A stretch of DNA of 64,000 bases from a bacterium (lineage in GTDB: Bacteria; Myxococcota_A; Bradymonadia; REDH01): the NCBI GenBank assembly GCA_030427825.1, contig JAUICO010000001.1:30293-94292 (forward strand). The letters are read 5' to 3'. A program made the translations under genes and the position numbers. Under the pieces are notes generated by a model that was given only the letters and a program-made list of their open reading frames with translations, had not been told where the DNA came from and did not search any database. Shown one piece after another: positions 19,403 to 28,967 of the stretch; the stretch's first letter is position 1, and each line of letters begins with the position of its first letter.

Positions 19403-21022
19403 TCAAGCGGAGAGAATGGCTTTTGCGGCCACCCTGCCCGAAGCGATCACTGCCGCGATTCCGTGGCCCGTACGGGTGTTTGTGCCCGCCAGGTAGAGGC
19501 CCTTGACCGGCGATTTGGCGCCGGGCCGCTTCATGAACTGCGCGGCGGTACCCGCGAAGCCGTACGAGGTGCCATCGCTGGAGCGCACATAGCGCTGATG
19601 GGTCATGGGAGAGCAGGTCTCGCGGTAGACGATGTGATCCCGGACATCGGGCATCAAACGCTCCATCTGCGTGATGCACGCTTCCTGAAGGCGCTCTTTG
19701 ACCTCCTGGTAGCGGGGATTGTCCGAGTAGCTTCCGTCCTCGATCTCTGCCGGTGTGGTGCCCCACCAGGAGGCGTCCGGGGGCACGATCGTCATCAGCT
19801 CAAGGTTCGTGTGTCCGGCAGGCGCCAGTTCATCATTGTCCGGGTCCTTGAGTGAGGCGGTCGAGATGTAGAGCCAGGGCTTGTCGAGGGCCTCGTCGTC
19901 CCCTCGCTTTGTCGCCGCATAGCACTCGTCGAAGTCGTAGCTGTCGAAGAGCCAGACGTTGCTGTTGCCCCAGGGAAGCTCATCCGGAGAGATATCGAGC
20001 CCAAGGAAGACGACGCTCAGCGGCAGGGCCATCGAAAACCCGGCGACCTGGTCGCGGAATCGCCGCGGCACCTGCTCGGGCGCGAAGAGCTCGGTGACAG
20101 TGCGCTTGAGGTCCGCGTTCGAGATCACGGCGTCCGCGTGAATCGTGCGCTCCCCCAGATGCTTGTTAATAAAGCGCACACCGGTCACGCGGCCACCTTC
20201 GGTGATGATTCGCGTCACCTGTGAGCGCAGGCGCAACTGCCCGCCTGCGCGCTCGACTTCCTCGGCGAGCCGGTCGCTGATGCGCTGTCCACCGCCCTCC
20301 GGGTACCAACCACCGCTCTCGAAGTAGTGCGCAAGGACGCCCATGTGCAGAATCGTCGACACCTCACCGGGCGCGATCGCATAGATTCCGTTCTGCGCGG
20401 TGAGGATCGCCCGCAGCTGCTCGTTGTCCGTGCAGCTGTCGAGAAAATCACGAAGGGGGCCGAGCGCGTATCGCGGGAAGAGCAGACCTCGGCGCGCTCC
20501 TCGCAGCAGGGCGGCCGTCGAGCCGCTTTTCTGCGCCTTCATCAGGTCAGAGGTTTGCCGTGCGAGGCGCAGAAATCGCCGGATTCCCTTCGACTCCTCG
20601 GGAAACTGCGCGTGCAGGCGGCGTTCAAATTCGTCGATGTCCGCCGGAATCGTAAAGGTGAAGTCCGGGAAGTGAAGCACCTCGAGCTCCGAATCCATCT
20701 GGCGGAACACGATGTCCTCGACGCCGCTTTTCTCAAGTGCCCGCTGCACGCTGCCACCCGGGTGGCAGCCACCTACGTAGTGCAGCCCGACATCGAAAAC
20801 CCACTCCTTGCGGCGGAACACGGTCGCGTTGCCGCCGGGTATGTAATGCTGATCAAGGATCAGGACGCTCCTGCCTTCCCTGGCAAGGCCGGCTGCCGCG
20901 ACGAGGCCACCGAGACCTGCGCCGACGACGACCACGTCGTACCTGTCCTCCACTTCGCCGCGAACGCGATTCTGTCGTGTCTGTCGATCGGTCATGCCTG
21001 TCTTCCTCCTGCTCTCTGCCAA
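19403..21022 (-). CDS. FAD-dependent oxidoreductase, phytoene desaturase (CrtI)/amine-oxidase family
   Basis: Dinucleotide-binding motif YDVVVVGAGLGGLVAA then GGNA...VDVGLHYV. 539 aa. Confidence 0.7.
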   Translation of the reverse strand: MAESRRKTGMTDRQTRQNRVRGEVEDRYDVVVVGAGLGGLVAAAGLAREGRSVLILDQHYIPGGNATVFRRKEWVFDVGLHYVGGCHPGGSVQRALEKSGVEDIVFRQMDSELEVLHFPDFTFTIPADIDEFERRLHAQFPEESKGIRRFLRLARQTSDLMKAQKSGSTAALLRGARRGLLFPRYALGPLRDFLDSCTDNEQLRAILTAQNGIYAIAPGEVSTILHMGVLAHYFESGGWYPEGGGQRISDRLAEEVERAGGQLRLRSQVTRIITEGGRVTGVRFINKHLGERTIHADAVISNADLKRTVTELFAPEQVPRRFRDQVAGFSMALPLSVVFLGLDISPDELPWGNSNVWLFDSYDFDECYAATKRGDDEALDKPWLYISTASLKDPDNDELAPAGHTNLELMTIVPPDASWWGTTPAEIEDGSYSDNPRYQEVKERLQEACITQMERLMPDVRDHIVYRETCSPMTHQRYVRSSDGTSYGFAGTAAQFMKRPGAKSPVKGLYLAGTNTRTGHGIAAVIASGRVAAKAILSA

Positions 21023-21224
21023 TCCCTGCCGGCGGCTCCAATCTGACCGCTCCGTGTACGCTGAGGTTCACGGGGCTGCGCGCCTGTAGCATTGATCGCG
21101 CGAGAGCGCGTCGTGTGAGAGTTCGGGAGCACGATCTACCCGGCGGCGGCGGCAACGACCGCCGCGCCCGACGCGAAGGCGCCGCCTGCATGATCCGCTG
21201 TTCAGTGATGTCGAACCTGATAAT

Positions 21225-21803
21225 ATGTCCGCCATGAGCACCCGCTTCTCTATCTCGATGCTCCTCAGCGCCGTCCTGATCGGTGGATGCGCGGATGATG
21301 AAGTCGGCCCTCGTGACGACAACGGCGTGGTCACAGCAGACCCGCTGCGCTGCGATGCCGATGACATGCATCGCTACGCCTGCTGTGTCTTTGATGAGGT
21401 CAACCTTTGGCGAAAGGAGCAGGACTCACTGCTACAGCCCTACGCACATGATCGGGAGCTATCGACGGTAGCCTTCGACTACTCCGCGTTCATGGCGGAG
21501 CTCGGTGACTTCGGCCACGGCCTGGACCATCGCGGCCTGGGCGAGCGACTGGATGACTACGGCGTGTACTGGCGCAGCATCGGCGAGAACATCCAGCGCA
21601 ACAGCTTCCCGGACTGGCGCGAGGCCTGCGTGTCCACCGTACGCGGAAGCGGCGGATGGGCGGCCTCGGAGGAGGGCCATCGAGAGGCGATGCTCGGGAT
21701 GACGCGCGAGGGTGACGACATGGGATGGACCCGCTCCGGCGTCGGCGTCGCCCGCGGCGAACACTATTGGTACGTGACGATGTACTTCCTGCGCGCCGAC
21801 TGA
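21225..21803 (+). CDS. CAP/SCP (PR-1-like, YkwD-type) domain lipoprotein
   Basis: Signal peptide with lipobox LIGGC. CAP motifs GENI...SEEGHREAMLG (like the SPGHRANIL motif) and HYWYVTMYF. Confidence 0.65.
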   Translation: MSAMSTRFSISMLLSAVLIGGCADDEVGPRDDNGVVTADPLRCDADDMHRYACCVFDEVNLWRKEQDSLLQPYAHDRELSTVAFDYSAFMAELGDFGHGLDHRGLGERLDDYGVYWRSIGENIQRNSFPDWREACVSTVRGSGGWAASEEGHREAMLGMTREGDDMGWTRSGVGVARGEHYWYVTMYFLRAD

Positions 21804-21892
21804 AGACCGTGCGGTACGGATTCGTCGCGCCCGCCCGCCGTAGCGGATAGCGCGCTCGTCGTGTAGCATGGCCTTCAGCAGGAGGAGGGCCA

Positions 21893-23506
21893 ATGAACGA
21901 GGCTGATGCGCCGGCAATTCGGGCGGATGTAGTCCATCGCGTCGTCGCGTCAGTGATCGCAGAGTCACGGGCCGGCGGTGGTCGTCCGGTCCGCGAAGTG
22001 ATCAACGAGACGCTCTTTCACGAGAAGCGTCGCCTGGCCCGGCGAAGCGAGGGCGGTGACGAAGAGCGTGCCTACTACCGTGAGATCCGCCACAAGCTGC
22101 CGCAGACGTCAGCGATCGATGCGGAGAGCATCGTCTCAGACATTGTCACCCGCTACGCCGACGAGATCTCGGGACACTTCAACCCGTCGATTTATCGCTT
22201 CGCGACCGGTGTCATCAACCCCGGGCTCACCGGTCTGCTCAATGGCCTGTCTCCAAAACGCCTCTTTCGACGCCGCGGGAGTCTGCAGCCCTGGGACGAG
22301 ATGCTGGTTCGGCAGGGCGAGGTCGACAAGCTCCTGAAGTTGCGGGAGCGCGGTACGATCCTCCTCGTTCCCACTCACTCATCCAACCTCGACTCCATCC
22401 TGCTCGGCGCGGCTATCGAGCGCATGGGTTTGCCGCCGTTTACCTACGGCGCCGGACTCAACCTCTTTGAGAATCGCATCGTCGGCTACTTCATGCACAA
22501 CCTGGGCGCGTATACCGTAGACAGGCTGAAGACGGATCCGCTCTATCGACGCGTCCTGAAGGAGTACTCCACAGTCGTCATCGAGTATGGCAGGCACTCA
22601 CTTTTCTTTCCCGGCGGTACGCGCTCACGTTCGGGATGTGTGGAAACACATCTGAAGAAGGGGTTGCTCGGCACGGCGCTCGATGCCTACCGAAACTGCG
22701 CCGCCGCCGGCCACGATCGCCGAGTGTTTGTTGTCCCGGTTACGATCAACTACCCGCTGGTTCTTGAGGCGGCGACCCTGATCGATGACCACCTTCAGAT
22801 CTCCGGACGCGCGCGACACATCATCGTTGACGATGAGTTCAGTCGGCTCGAGCGATGGGCGCAGTATGCCCGCGGCCTGTTTGCCCTGGACATGCACATC
22901 TATCTTCGCTTCGGTGCGGCGATGGATCCCTTTGGGAATCCGGTAGATGAACACGGCGACTCGCTGGATCCGCAAGGACGCGTCATCGATCCGAGCGGAT
23001 ACCTGCGTCGAGGAGGCGAGATCGTCGAAGACGAGCAGCGCGACCGCGAGTACACACGCCTGCTGGCGGCGGCCATCGCGAACGCCTTTCAGAAGAACAC
23101 CGTGGCCTGCGCAACGAATGTGGTCGCGTATGCCCTGTTCTCGGTACTGCGAAACGAAAGCTCCGAGTCGGACCTGTACCGCTTTCTGCGCTCGGTCACG
23201 CCGGAGCTTCCGACGCCGGTGGATACGGTGCTGGAAGAGCTGAGGGCGTTGCTGGAAGAGCTGGCGTACCGGGAGTCCGAGGGCAGGATTCATCTTGGTG
23301 AGATTGTCCGCACGAAGGACGCCGAACTGATACTCGAGCATGCGTTGAAACGGTTCGGCGCATACCACACGGATGCCGCCGCGCGGCGTGATGGCTCCTT
23401 CATCGCCGTCGAGAATGCGAACCTCCTCTTCTACTACCGAAACCGCCTCGATGGGCTCGGGTTGCGCGGTCAGCGTAGCGAAGTACCCGGGAGGATCAGC
23501 CGATGA
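21893..23506 (+). CDS. glycerol-3-phosphate acyltransferase, PlsB-like (short form)
   Basis: Acyltransferase motif I VPTHSSNLDSILL (HX4D), motif III FFPGGTRSRSG, motif IV VPVTINYP. 4-nt overlap with gpsA. Confidence 0.65.
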   Translation: MNEADAPAIRADVVHRVVASVIAESRAGGGRPVREVINETLFHEKRRLARRSEGGDEERAYYREIRHKLPQTSAIDAESIVSDIVTRYADEISGHFNPSIYRFATGVINPGLTGLLNGLSPKRLFRRRGSLQPWDEMLVRQGEVDKLLKLRERGTILLVPTHSSNLDSILLGAAIERMGLPPFTYGAGLNLFENRIVGYFMHNLGAYTVDRLKTDPLYRRVLKEYSTVVIEYGRHSLFFPGGTRSRSGCVETHLKKGLLGTALDAYRNCAAAGHDRRVFVVPVTINYPLVLEAATLIDDHLQISGRARHIIVDDEFSRLERWAQYARGLFALDMHIYLRFGAAMDPFGNPVDEHGDSLDPQGRVIDPSGYLRRGGEIVEDEQRDREYTRLLAAAIANAFQKNTVACATNVVAYALFSVLRNESSESDLYRFLRSVTPELPTPVDTVLEELRALLEELAYRESEGRIHLGEIVRTKDAELILEHALKRFGAYHTDAAARRDGSFIAVENANLLFYYRNRLDGLGLRGQRSEVPGRISR

Positions 23507-24498
23507 GTATTTGTCTGCTCGGCTCCGGAAACTGGGGCACCACCCTCGCGCACCTGATGGCATGCAACGGCCACGACGTGAAGTTGTGGTGTCGCAGCAG
23601 ATCGGTTCGGGACGAGATCAACAAGAAGCACACAAACCGGCGCTACACCGAGGGCTTTCCGATCCACAAAGGTGTGCAGGCAAGCAACGACCTCAGAGCG
23701 TGTGTGGATTCTTCGGATACGATCATTCACGTCATCCCGTCGAAGGCCTTTCGCGAAGTCAGCCGAACGATTGCCCACATGCTTCGCCCGGACCACGTGA
23801 TCATTCACGCCACCAAGGGACTGGAGCAGGGCACTCAGAAGCGTATGAGCGAGATTCTGTGTGAAGAGACCTGTGTGCGACAGATCGGTGTGCTCAGCGG
23901 CCCTAACATCGCCCGGGAAATCCTGGCCGACAAGCCCGCCGGTACCGTCATCGCGACCCGCTTCCCCCGCGTAGCCGCTGAGGCGCAGCGGCTCTTCGCC
24001 GGCCCGCGATTCCGCGTCTACGACAATAGCGACGTTGTCGGCGTTGAGATGGGCGGGGCGTTGAAGAACATCATCGCCATCGCCGGTGGCGTGATCGCGG
24101 CTCTTGAGCTTGGCGAAAACGCCCGGTCATTGTTGATCACCCGTGGACTTGGCGAGATGACCCGCATCGGCATGTCCTTCGGTGCCGAGGCGCCTACCTT
24201 CATGGGATTGGCCGGAATGGGCGACCTCATGGTTACCTGCGCGAGCCCGCACTCCCGTAATCATCGCCTGGGGCGTGCGATGGCTGCCGGAACGGGTCTC
24301 GAAGAGGCGCTGGCGAGTCTTGGGATGGTCGCTGAAGGCGTGAACACCAGCCGCGTGGCGCACGAAATCGCCACCGAGCGCAGGGTGTACGCGCCGGTGG
24401 TCGAAGCCGTGTATCAAATGGTGCACGAAGATCGTGCCCCGTCCGATGTCGCCCGCGAGCTGATGCTGATGGAAGCTCGCCCGGACATCGACTTGTAG
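23503..24498 (+). CDS. gpsA: NAD(P)H-dependent glycerol-3-phosphate dehydrogenase
   Basis: N-terminal ICLLGSGNWGTTLAHL Rossmann motif and the typical GpsA length and sequence (GLAGMGDL, NHRLGRAMA). Confidence 0.9.
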   Translation: MSICLLGSGNWGTTLAHLMACNGHDVKLWCRSRSVRDEINKKHTNRRYTEGFPIHKGVQASNDLRACVDSSDTIIHVIPSKAFREVSRTIAHMLRPDHVIIHATKGLEQGTQKRMSEILCEETCVRQIGVLSGPNIAREILADKPAGTVIATRFPRVAAEAQRLFAGPRFRVYDNSDVVGVEMGGALKNIIAIAGGVIAALELGENARSLLITRGLGEMTRIGMSFGAEAPTFMGLAGMGDLMVTCASPHSRNHRLGRAMAAGTGLEEALASLGMVAEGVNTSRVAHEIATERRVYAPVVEAVYQMVHEDRAPSDVARELMLMEARPDIDL

Positions 24499-24530
24499 GC
24501 GGTATCGATGTGATCGATGCCGGTGCCGAC

Positions 24531-24734
24531 TCAGTCGGTGAGAACGAAGGTCACCTTGAGGCGGACGCGGAAGCTGGAGATCTTGCCGTCTTCGACGACA
24601 ACCTTCTGATCGGCAACCCATGCGCCCGTGACATTTTTGAGTGTCTGCGACGCGCGCTCAACGCCGTTTGCGACTGCGTCTTCGAAGCTGCGGGGTGAGG
24701 CTGCTGAGATTTCGGTGATGCGTGCTACTGACAT
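24531..24734 (-). CDS. dodecin-family flavin-binding protein
   Basis: 67 aa matching the dodecin signature (..ISA.SP.SFEDA...G.E.A..TLKNV..AWV..QKV.VEDG.ISSFRV.LKVTF.L). Strong SD (AGGAG) 8 nt upstream of the start. Confidence 0.8.
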   Translation of the reverse strand: MSVARITEISAASPRSFEDAVANGVERASQTLKNVTGAWVADQKVVVEDGKISSFRVRLKVTFVLTD

Positions 24735-24898
24735 AGGTTGGCTCCTGCCCTGCGTTCGCCTCGGCGAACCGTGATTGCGCGCGGAAATTCACGCGCAGAT
24801 TTCAGACAACTCCGCGCCATTCGGGGCGGGGTGTTGAGATAGAGACTACCGGCAGAGGCTCAAGGTCACAACGCACGCGGCGTTATTGTGGGGGTGGC

Positions 24899-25465
24899 TC
24901 ACCACTGTACGTCTTCGGGGATGTCACAGGCGTTGAGCGCGTCGAGAAAGGCGTCGGCGCCCGGGAGCTCTTCGCAGGCCTCGACAGCCGCTCCCACGTC
25001 GTCGCAGAGGATGTTACCCGCTTCGTCCGCCGGGCATTCCTGCATGCACTTGTCGGCATCTCCGATCTCGGCAGCCATGCAGTCCAGCACAGGGATGGCG
25101 TGGTCAAAATGCGCGAGCGCGGCTTCTCGGTGGCAGGCGTTTGGAACCACCTTGTTGGCGGTGATCGCCGCGTAGCAGTCCTCTGCGCTTTCGTCGGCGA
25201 ATGGCAGCGTGGACATGCATTCGCAGTAGCTGTGATACGACGCCTCCATCGCTCCGACGATGATGTCGAAGCGTTCAATAACGGCGGCCTGTCGTTCGTC
25301 GAGCTGCGGCTCAGTCATCTCGACCGGCAGCTGCACGAGCTCGGGCTGCGGACTCTCGTCCGGGCTCTGGCGTCCGCAGCATGCAGTCATCAGCGCAGCG
25401 GCGGCGAGGCAGGTGATACGTGCTTTCAAGGCGTTCACTCCGGTGTAGATTCTGTTGACTCTCAT
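24899..25465 (-). CDS. Cys-rich lipoprotein, unknown function
   Basis: Likely start at MRVNR (25465), giving a signal peptide with lipobox LMTACCG. About 12 Cys. Lies downstream of the OPT transporter gene. Confidence 0.5.
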   Translation of the reverse strand: MRVNRIYTGVNALKARITCLAAAALMTACCGRQSPDESPQPELVQLPVEMTEPQLDERQAAVIERFDIIVGAMEASYHSYCECMSTLPFADESAEDCYAAITANKVVPNACHREAALAHFDHAIPVLDCMAAEIGDADKCMQECPADEAGNILCDDVGAAVEACEELPGADAFLDALNACDIPEDVQW

Positions 25466-25503
25466 ATGGCTGTGCGCCCCGTGGGTCGAGGCGTCCGGCG
25501 GGT

Positions 25504-27384
25504 TCAAGAGCCCTCCTCGGACGGCAACGAGTTGCGGTAGAGGATGAGACCGAGAACGGCGATTCCGGACGTGGCGACGACAATCTTTATCTCTTCAGGG
25601 ATATCCTTGAAGAGCAGCAGCGAGTCGAGCTCGAAGCCGCCGATGATTGCGATGCCCAGGATCAGGTCCAGGGCTGCGGCGCCGGTGATCAGTCCGGCCG
25701 CTGCCAGTATCGATTCGCTTCGCTGCCTGCTGCCTCGCTCAGCGGCCCAACGGAACGCAGCGCCAATCAGGATACCGGTGCCCAGATATGCGGGCAGGTA
25801 GATGCCGACTGCCAGCGCCATCGCGGGCAGCACTTTGCCGTTTCGGTCGCCGACCATCTCGATCATGACGGCGACCACGCCCAGGCACGCGCCGACCATG
25901 ATCGGTGTCCACGGGACTGCCGAGTTGATCAGCAGGCCTTCGGTCAGGGTGGCGAACATTTCGCCCTGCGGCGCGGGCAGGTCCGGGCTGCCGAGGGTGT
26001 ATGCTTCGTGAGCAACGTAGAGCGCGAGTGGCACGACGATTGAGCCCGCGATGAGGCCGATAACCTGCGCCGGAAACCCGTCCTGCACCCGGACGCCGCA
26101 GAGCTGCATCGTCTTGTAGTCCTGGCTGGAGTCGTTGGCAGCGCAGACCGCGACGCAGGCGGCGACGATCAGCGCGGTAAGCACGTAGACGTCGTCGATC
26201 GACTGTCGGCCCAGCCCCACCGCGACAAGGCAGAGGACGAGGGTGGTTACGAAGATGGTGCCCGAAACCGGCGACGCCGAGCTGCCGACCTGCAGTGAGA
26301 GGATCGCGCCGAGGGTTACCATCAGCATGCACATGACGAAGATGGTGCCGCCCATGGCGAAGCTGAAGCCGGTCAGGCCGTCCGTCGCGAAGAGCCACCC
26401 GATGAGAATGACAAAGCCGACAACGATGCTGCCTATGAGCATTTTTCGCTTCGCGGGATCGATCTCCAGGGTCATGTCGATGCCGGCGGTGGTGCCTGTG
26501 CCGCTGTTGACGTGAACGGATGCCCTTCGCGTGCTCACAAACTTGATGAGCGAATACGCAACGGCCACGGTCATGGCGCCTCCACCGACCCAGCGCATCG
26601 AGTTTGCCGGCCATGCGGCTGCGGCCGCCGACGCGGGCTCAATCGTCGTGAGAAAGAAGTCGCCGGCGAGGCGGAAGAAGCTGCCGAGAAAGACCAGCAG
26701 GGCGGTTGCAAGGGTAAGCAGGCCGCCGATACCGATGTAGATCGGCGTGAAGGGCAGATCGAAAGTAAAGTCCCGGGAGCCGGATTCGCCGGTGATAGAG
26801 CGCTTCCAGATGACGACGTGCTCTGTCGCGAGTCCGATGTAGGCGATGAGCGGCGCCAGGAAGCTCGCGGCGAGGCCCGCCACAAGCGAGCGACCGAGGC
26901 GGGGTCGCCTCGCAGAGTGCGGATCCAGCGCCGCTGTCTCGATCATTGTCTCGCAGGCCCGTGCCTCAGGCGCAGGCAGGGTCGGGTCGGTGAGGAACTT
27001 GCGCGTTGCGAGCCCCACAAAGCCGAAGCCGATCAGTGAACCCGCGATGGACATGATGATGAGGGTGACGACGTCGACCGGAGGTACTTCCAGTCCGAGG
27101 TTCTTGTGCAGAATCTGTACCAGCGGTGCGGTGAAGATCACGCCGGCCGTGACGGCCATACCCGCTGAACCTGCGACCTGGGCAATGTTCAGAAAGCGGG
27201 ATCCCTCGCCGCGAGCGATGCGGCCGCTGAAGGCGGCCCAGGCGAAGAGGATCACCAGCGGACTGACGCCCGGGGTTATCCCCGCCTTCAATCCGGCGAT
27301 CACCAATGTAGCGGCCAACACCGTCGAGACGATGAGGCCGAAGATCATAGGAAAGATGTCACGCCTGTTCATCGAAAAACGCAC
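25504..27384 (-). CDS. OPT-family oligopeptide transporter
   Basis: 626 aa, about 16 TM helices. OPT-type N-terminal GITPGVSPLVILFAWA and Gly-rich helices throughout. Confidence 0.75.
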   Translation of the reverse strand: MRFSMNRRDIFPMIFGLIVSTVLAATLVIAGLKAGITPGVSPLVILFAWAAFSGRIARGEGSRFLNIAQVAGSAGMAVTAGVIFTAPLVQILHKNLGLEVPPVDVVTLIIMSIAGSLIGFGFVGLATRKFLTDPTLPAPEARACETMIETAALDPHSARRPRLGRSLVAGLAASFLAPLIAYIGLATEHVVIWKRSITGESGSRDFTFDLPFTPIYIGIGGLLTLATALLVFLGSFFRLAGDFFLTTIEPASAAAAAWPANSMRWVGGGAMTVAVAYSLIKFVSTRRASVHVNSGTGTTAGIDMTLEIDPAKRKMLIGSIVVGFVILIGWLFATDGLTGFSFAMGGTIFVMCMLMVTLGAILSLQVGSSASPVSGTIFVTTLVLCLVAVGLGRQSIDDVYVLTALIVAACVAVCAANDSSQDYKTMQLCGVRVQDGFPAQVIGLIAGSIVVPLALYVAHEAYTLGSPDLPAPQGEMFATLTEGLLINSAVPWTPIMVGACLGVVAVMIEMVGDRNGKVLPAMALAVGIYLPAYLGTGILIGAAFRWAAERGSRQRSESILAAAGLITGAAALDLILGIAIIGGFELDSLLLFKDIPEEIKIVVATSGIAVLGLILYRNSLPSEEGS

Positions 27385-27887
27385 TCCCTGCCGGCTCGCC
27401 GCCCGACACCTTCAGCCGGTCGAATTCGACGGCGTCATCACGACGCAGATATCGCAGATGCCGGGAGGTCTACCGGCGCGCTGTCCACGCTACAAGCGCT
27501 GCCTGCGCACAGCTGTCGTCGGCTCCGGGGACGTCCGATGATACCCGACGCCACACCCGGGGACGCGACGTGGATGATTCCGCGTGTTGAGCGCTCGTTT
27601 CGGCATCTGCCGCGCCTTCAACGGAGTAGGGGGCGCAGCGGGCGCCGACACCCGTGTGAGCGAGCGGTCGAGCGCCGGCGTGGGCCCGCGCACTCCGGCG
27701 AGCGTCCTTCGACAACCTGCGGAACCTCCGGGCGCCCGGGAGCCGCCCAGCCGCGTTGCGGATGACGACCTCACGGGCGGAGTGACGTGCGCCGTGGACG
27801 GACCGCGACAGGATCATCGGCGAATATTTCCCATCCGGACCGCGATTTGACAGTGTGGAGGGCCTGAACTAGCCGAGCCGGCCCCCT

Positions 27888-28943
27888 GTGCAGCGGACTG
27901 GAATGACGCGCCGATCGACCAGAGCTTCGCGGATTCGCAATCAGCGCGCCACCGAGCGCAGACGTTCCCTTGTGTCATATCACGCATCGGATGCTCCGCG
28001 GGGTGACGCGGTATCGGAGGAAGCGGTGGTCCCGGGGAGCGAGTCCGCGCCGACATCGACGCCCCCCGCAACTCCTAAGGCCCCCCGCGCCGACGCCTCA
28101 GCAGCGAAGCCACGATCGAAGACGCCGACGCTGCGCCATGTGGTGCAACAGCCCGATCAGGTGGCTCCGGTGGAACAGGCACCGGCGTTGAAGGACTCGG
28201 AGCTTCCGTCATCACTGTCGAGGTCGGCAAAGGCAGAGCCCGCCTCACCGGCGCGCACAGGAGACACCGGCCGCTTCCTGCCGCTCTCTGAGCCTGAACT
28301 CACCCCGGCATCTGTGGAGGCGGTCGAAGAGCCCACAACAGGCAACTTTGAGAAGGCCGGTGCCCCGGCGGCCGAGGAGTTTGTTGCGGCGCCGAAGCAG
28401 GCGCTGCAGGACTTCGAAGCACCGCCTCAGCCGAAGCTGCCGCCTCGCTGCATTGCACACGCCGGCACCCACCTTCTCGCGGCAACCGCAGCCGACGTCA
28501 TCGAGGGCTGGCGTGCGATGCGTGATCGATTCGGCTCTACGGCAACCAACAAGGTGAAGGCGCGCCGCGCGATGATCGACTGGTTCGAATCGCAGCGAAA
28601 CATCTGCTCAGGATCCGTGTTCTGGTACGGCGACTTCTTCGTGGTTCGCTCGTGCGTGGTTCGCGCTGATCAGCCGGCCGAGGCGGCGGGAGCCGAGGGG
28701 TGGTTCATCGCCTTTGATCCGAACGGGTCCGGATACGTGGACCACCCGCTTTTCGCTGACATGTTTGAGGTGACGCGCGGGGCTGCCATCACCGTACACG
28801 AGCTGGGCTCGCCGGCCTGGCTGTCAGAGGCGCGGCGGCTTCATGAAGCGCGCGCACTGGGTCTGGAGCAGGCGCGCCCCTTCACACCGGCGTCCATCGA
28901 CAGCATCGGTGCCCATGATTTCGTACGAGGCGAGGCGAGATGA
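27888..28943 (+). CDS. hypothetical protein: disordered basic/Pro-Ala-rich N-half and globular C-terminal domain
   Basis: Only the C-terminal third (MIDWFESQRNICSGSVFWYGDFFVV...) looks globular. 24 nt upstream of the pseudokinase gene. The N-terminal half could be a high-GC frame artefact, so the real start may be later. Confidence 0.4.
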   Translation: MQRTGMTRRSTRASRIRNQRATERRRSLVSYHASDAPRGDAVSEEAVVPGSESAPTSTPPATPKAPRADASAAKPRSKTPTLRHVVQQPDQVAPVEQAPALKDSELPSSLSRSAKAEPASPARTGDTGRFLPLSEPELTPASVEAVEEPTTGNFEKAGAPAAEEFVAAPKQALQDFEAPPQPKLPPRCIAHAGTHLLAATAADVIEGWRAMRDRFGSTATNKVKARRAMIDWFESQRNICSGSVFWYGDFFVVRSCVVRADQPAEAAGAEGWFIAFDPNGSGYVDHPLFADMFEVTRGAAITVHELGSPAWLSEARRLHEARALGLEQARPFTPASIDSIGAHDFVRGEAR

Positions 28944-28967
28944 GCCCGCAACACAGAGCAGATTGGT

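Noticed and set aside
24735-24898. FMN riboswitch upstream of the dodecin gene
   Set aside because: Only about 160 nt are available and none of the conserved RFN blocks (for example GGATAGTGAAAGGGAA or AATTCC ... CGGCGGTA) are present. Only simple GC hairpins were found.
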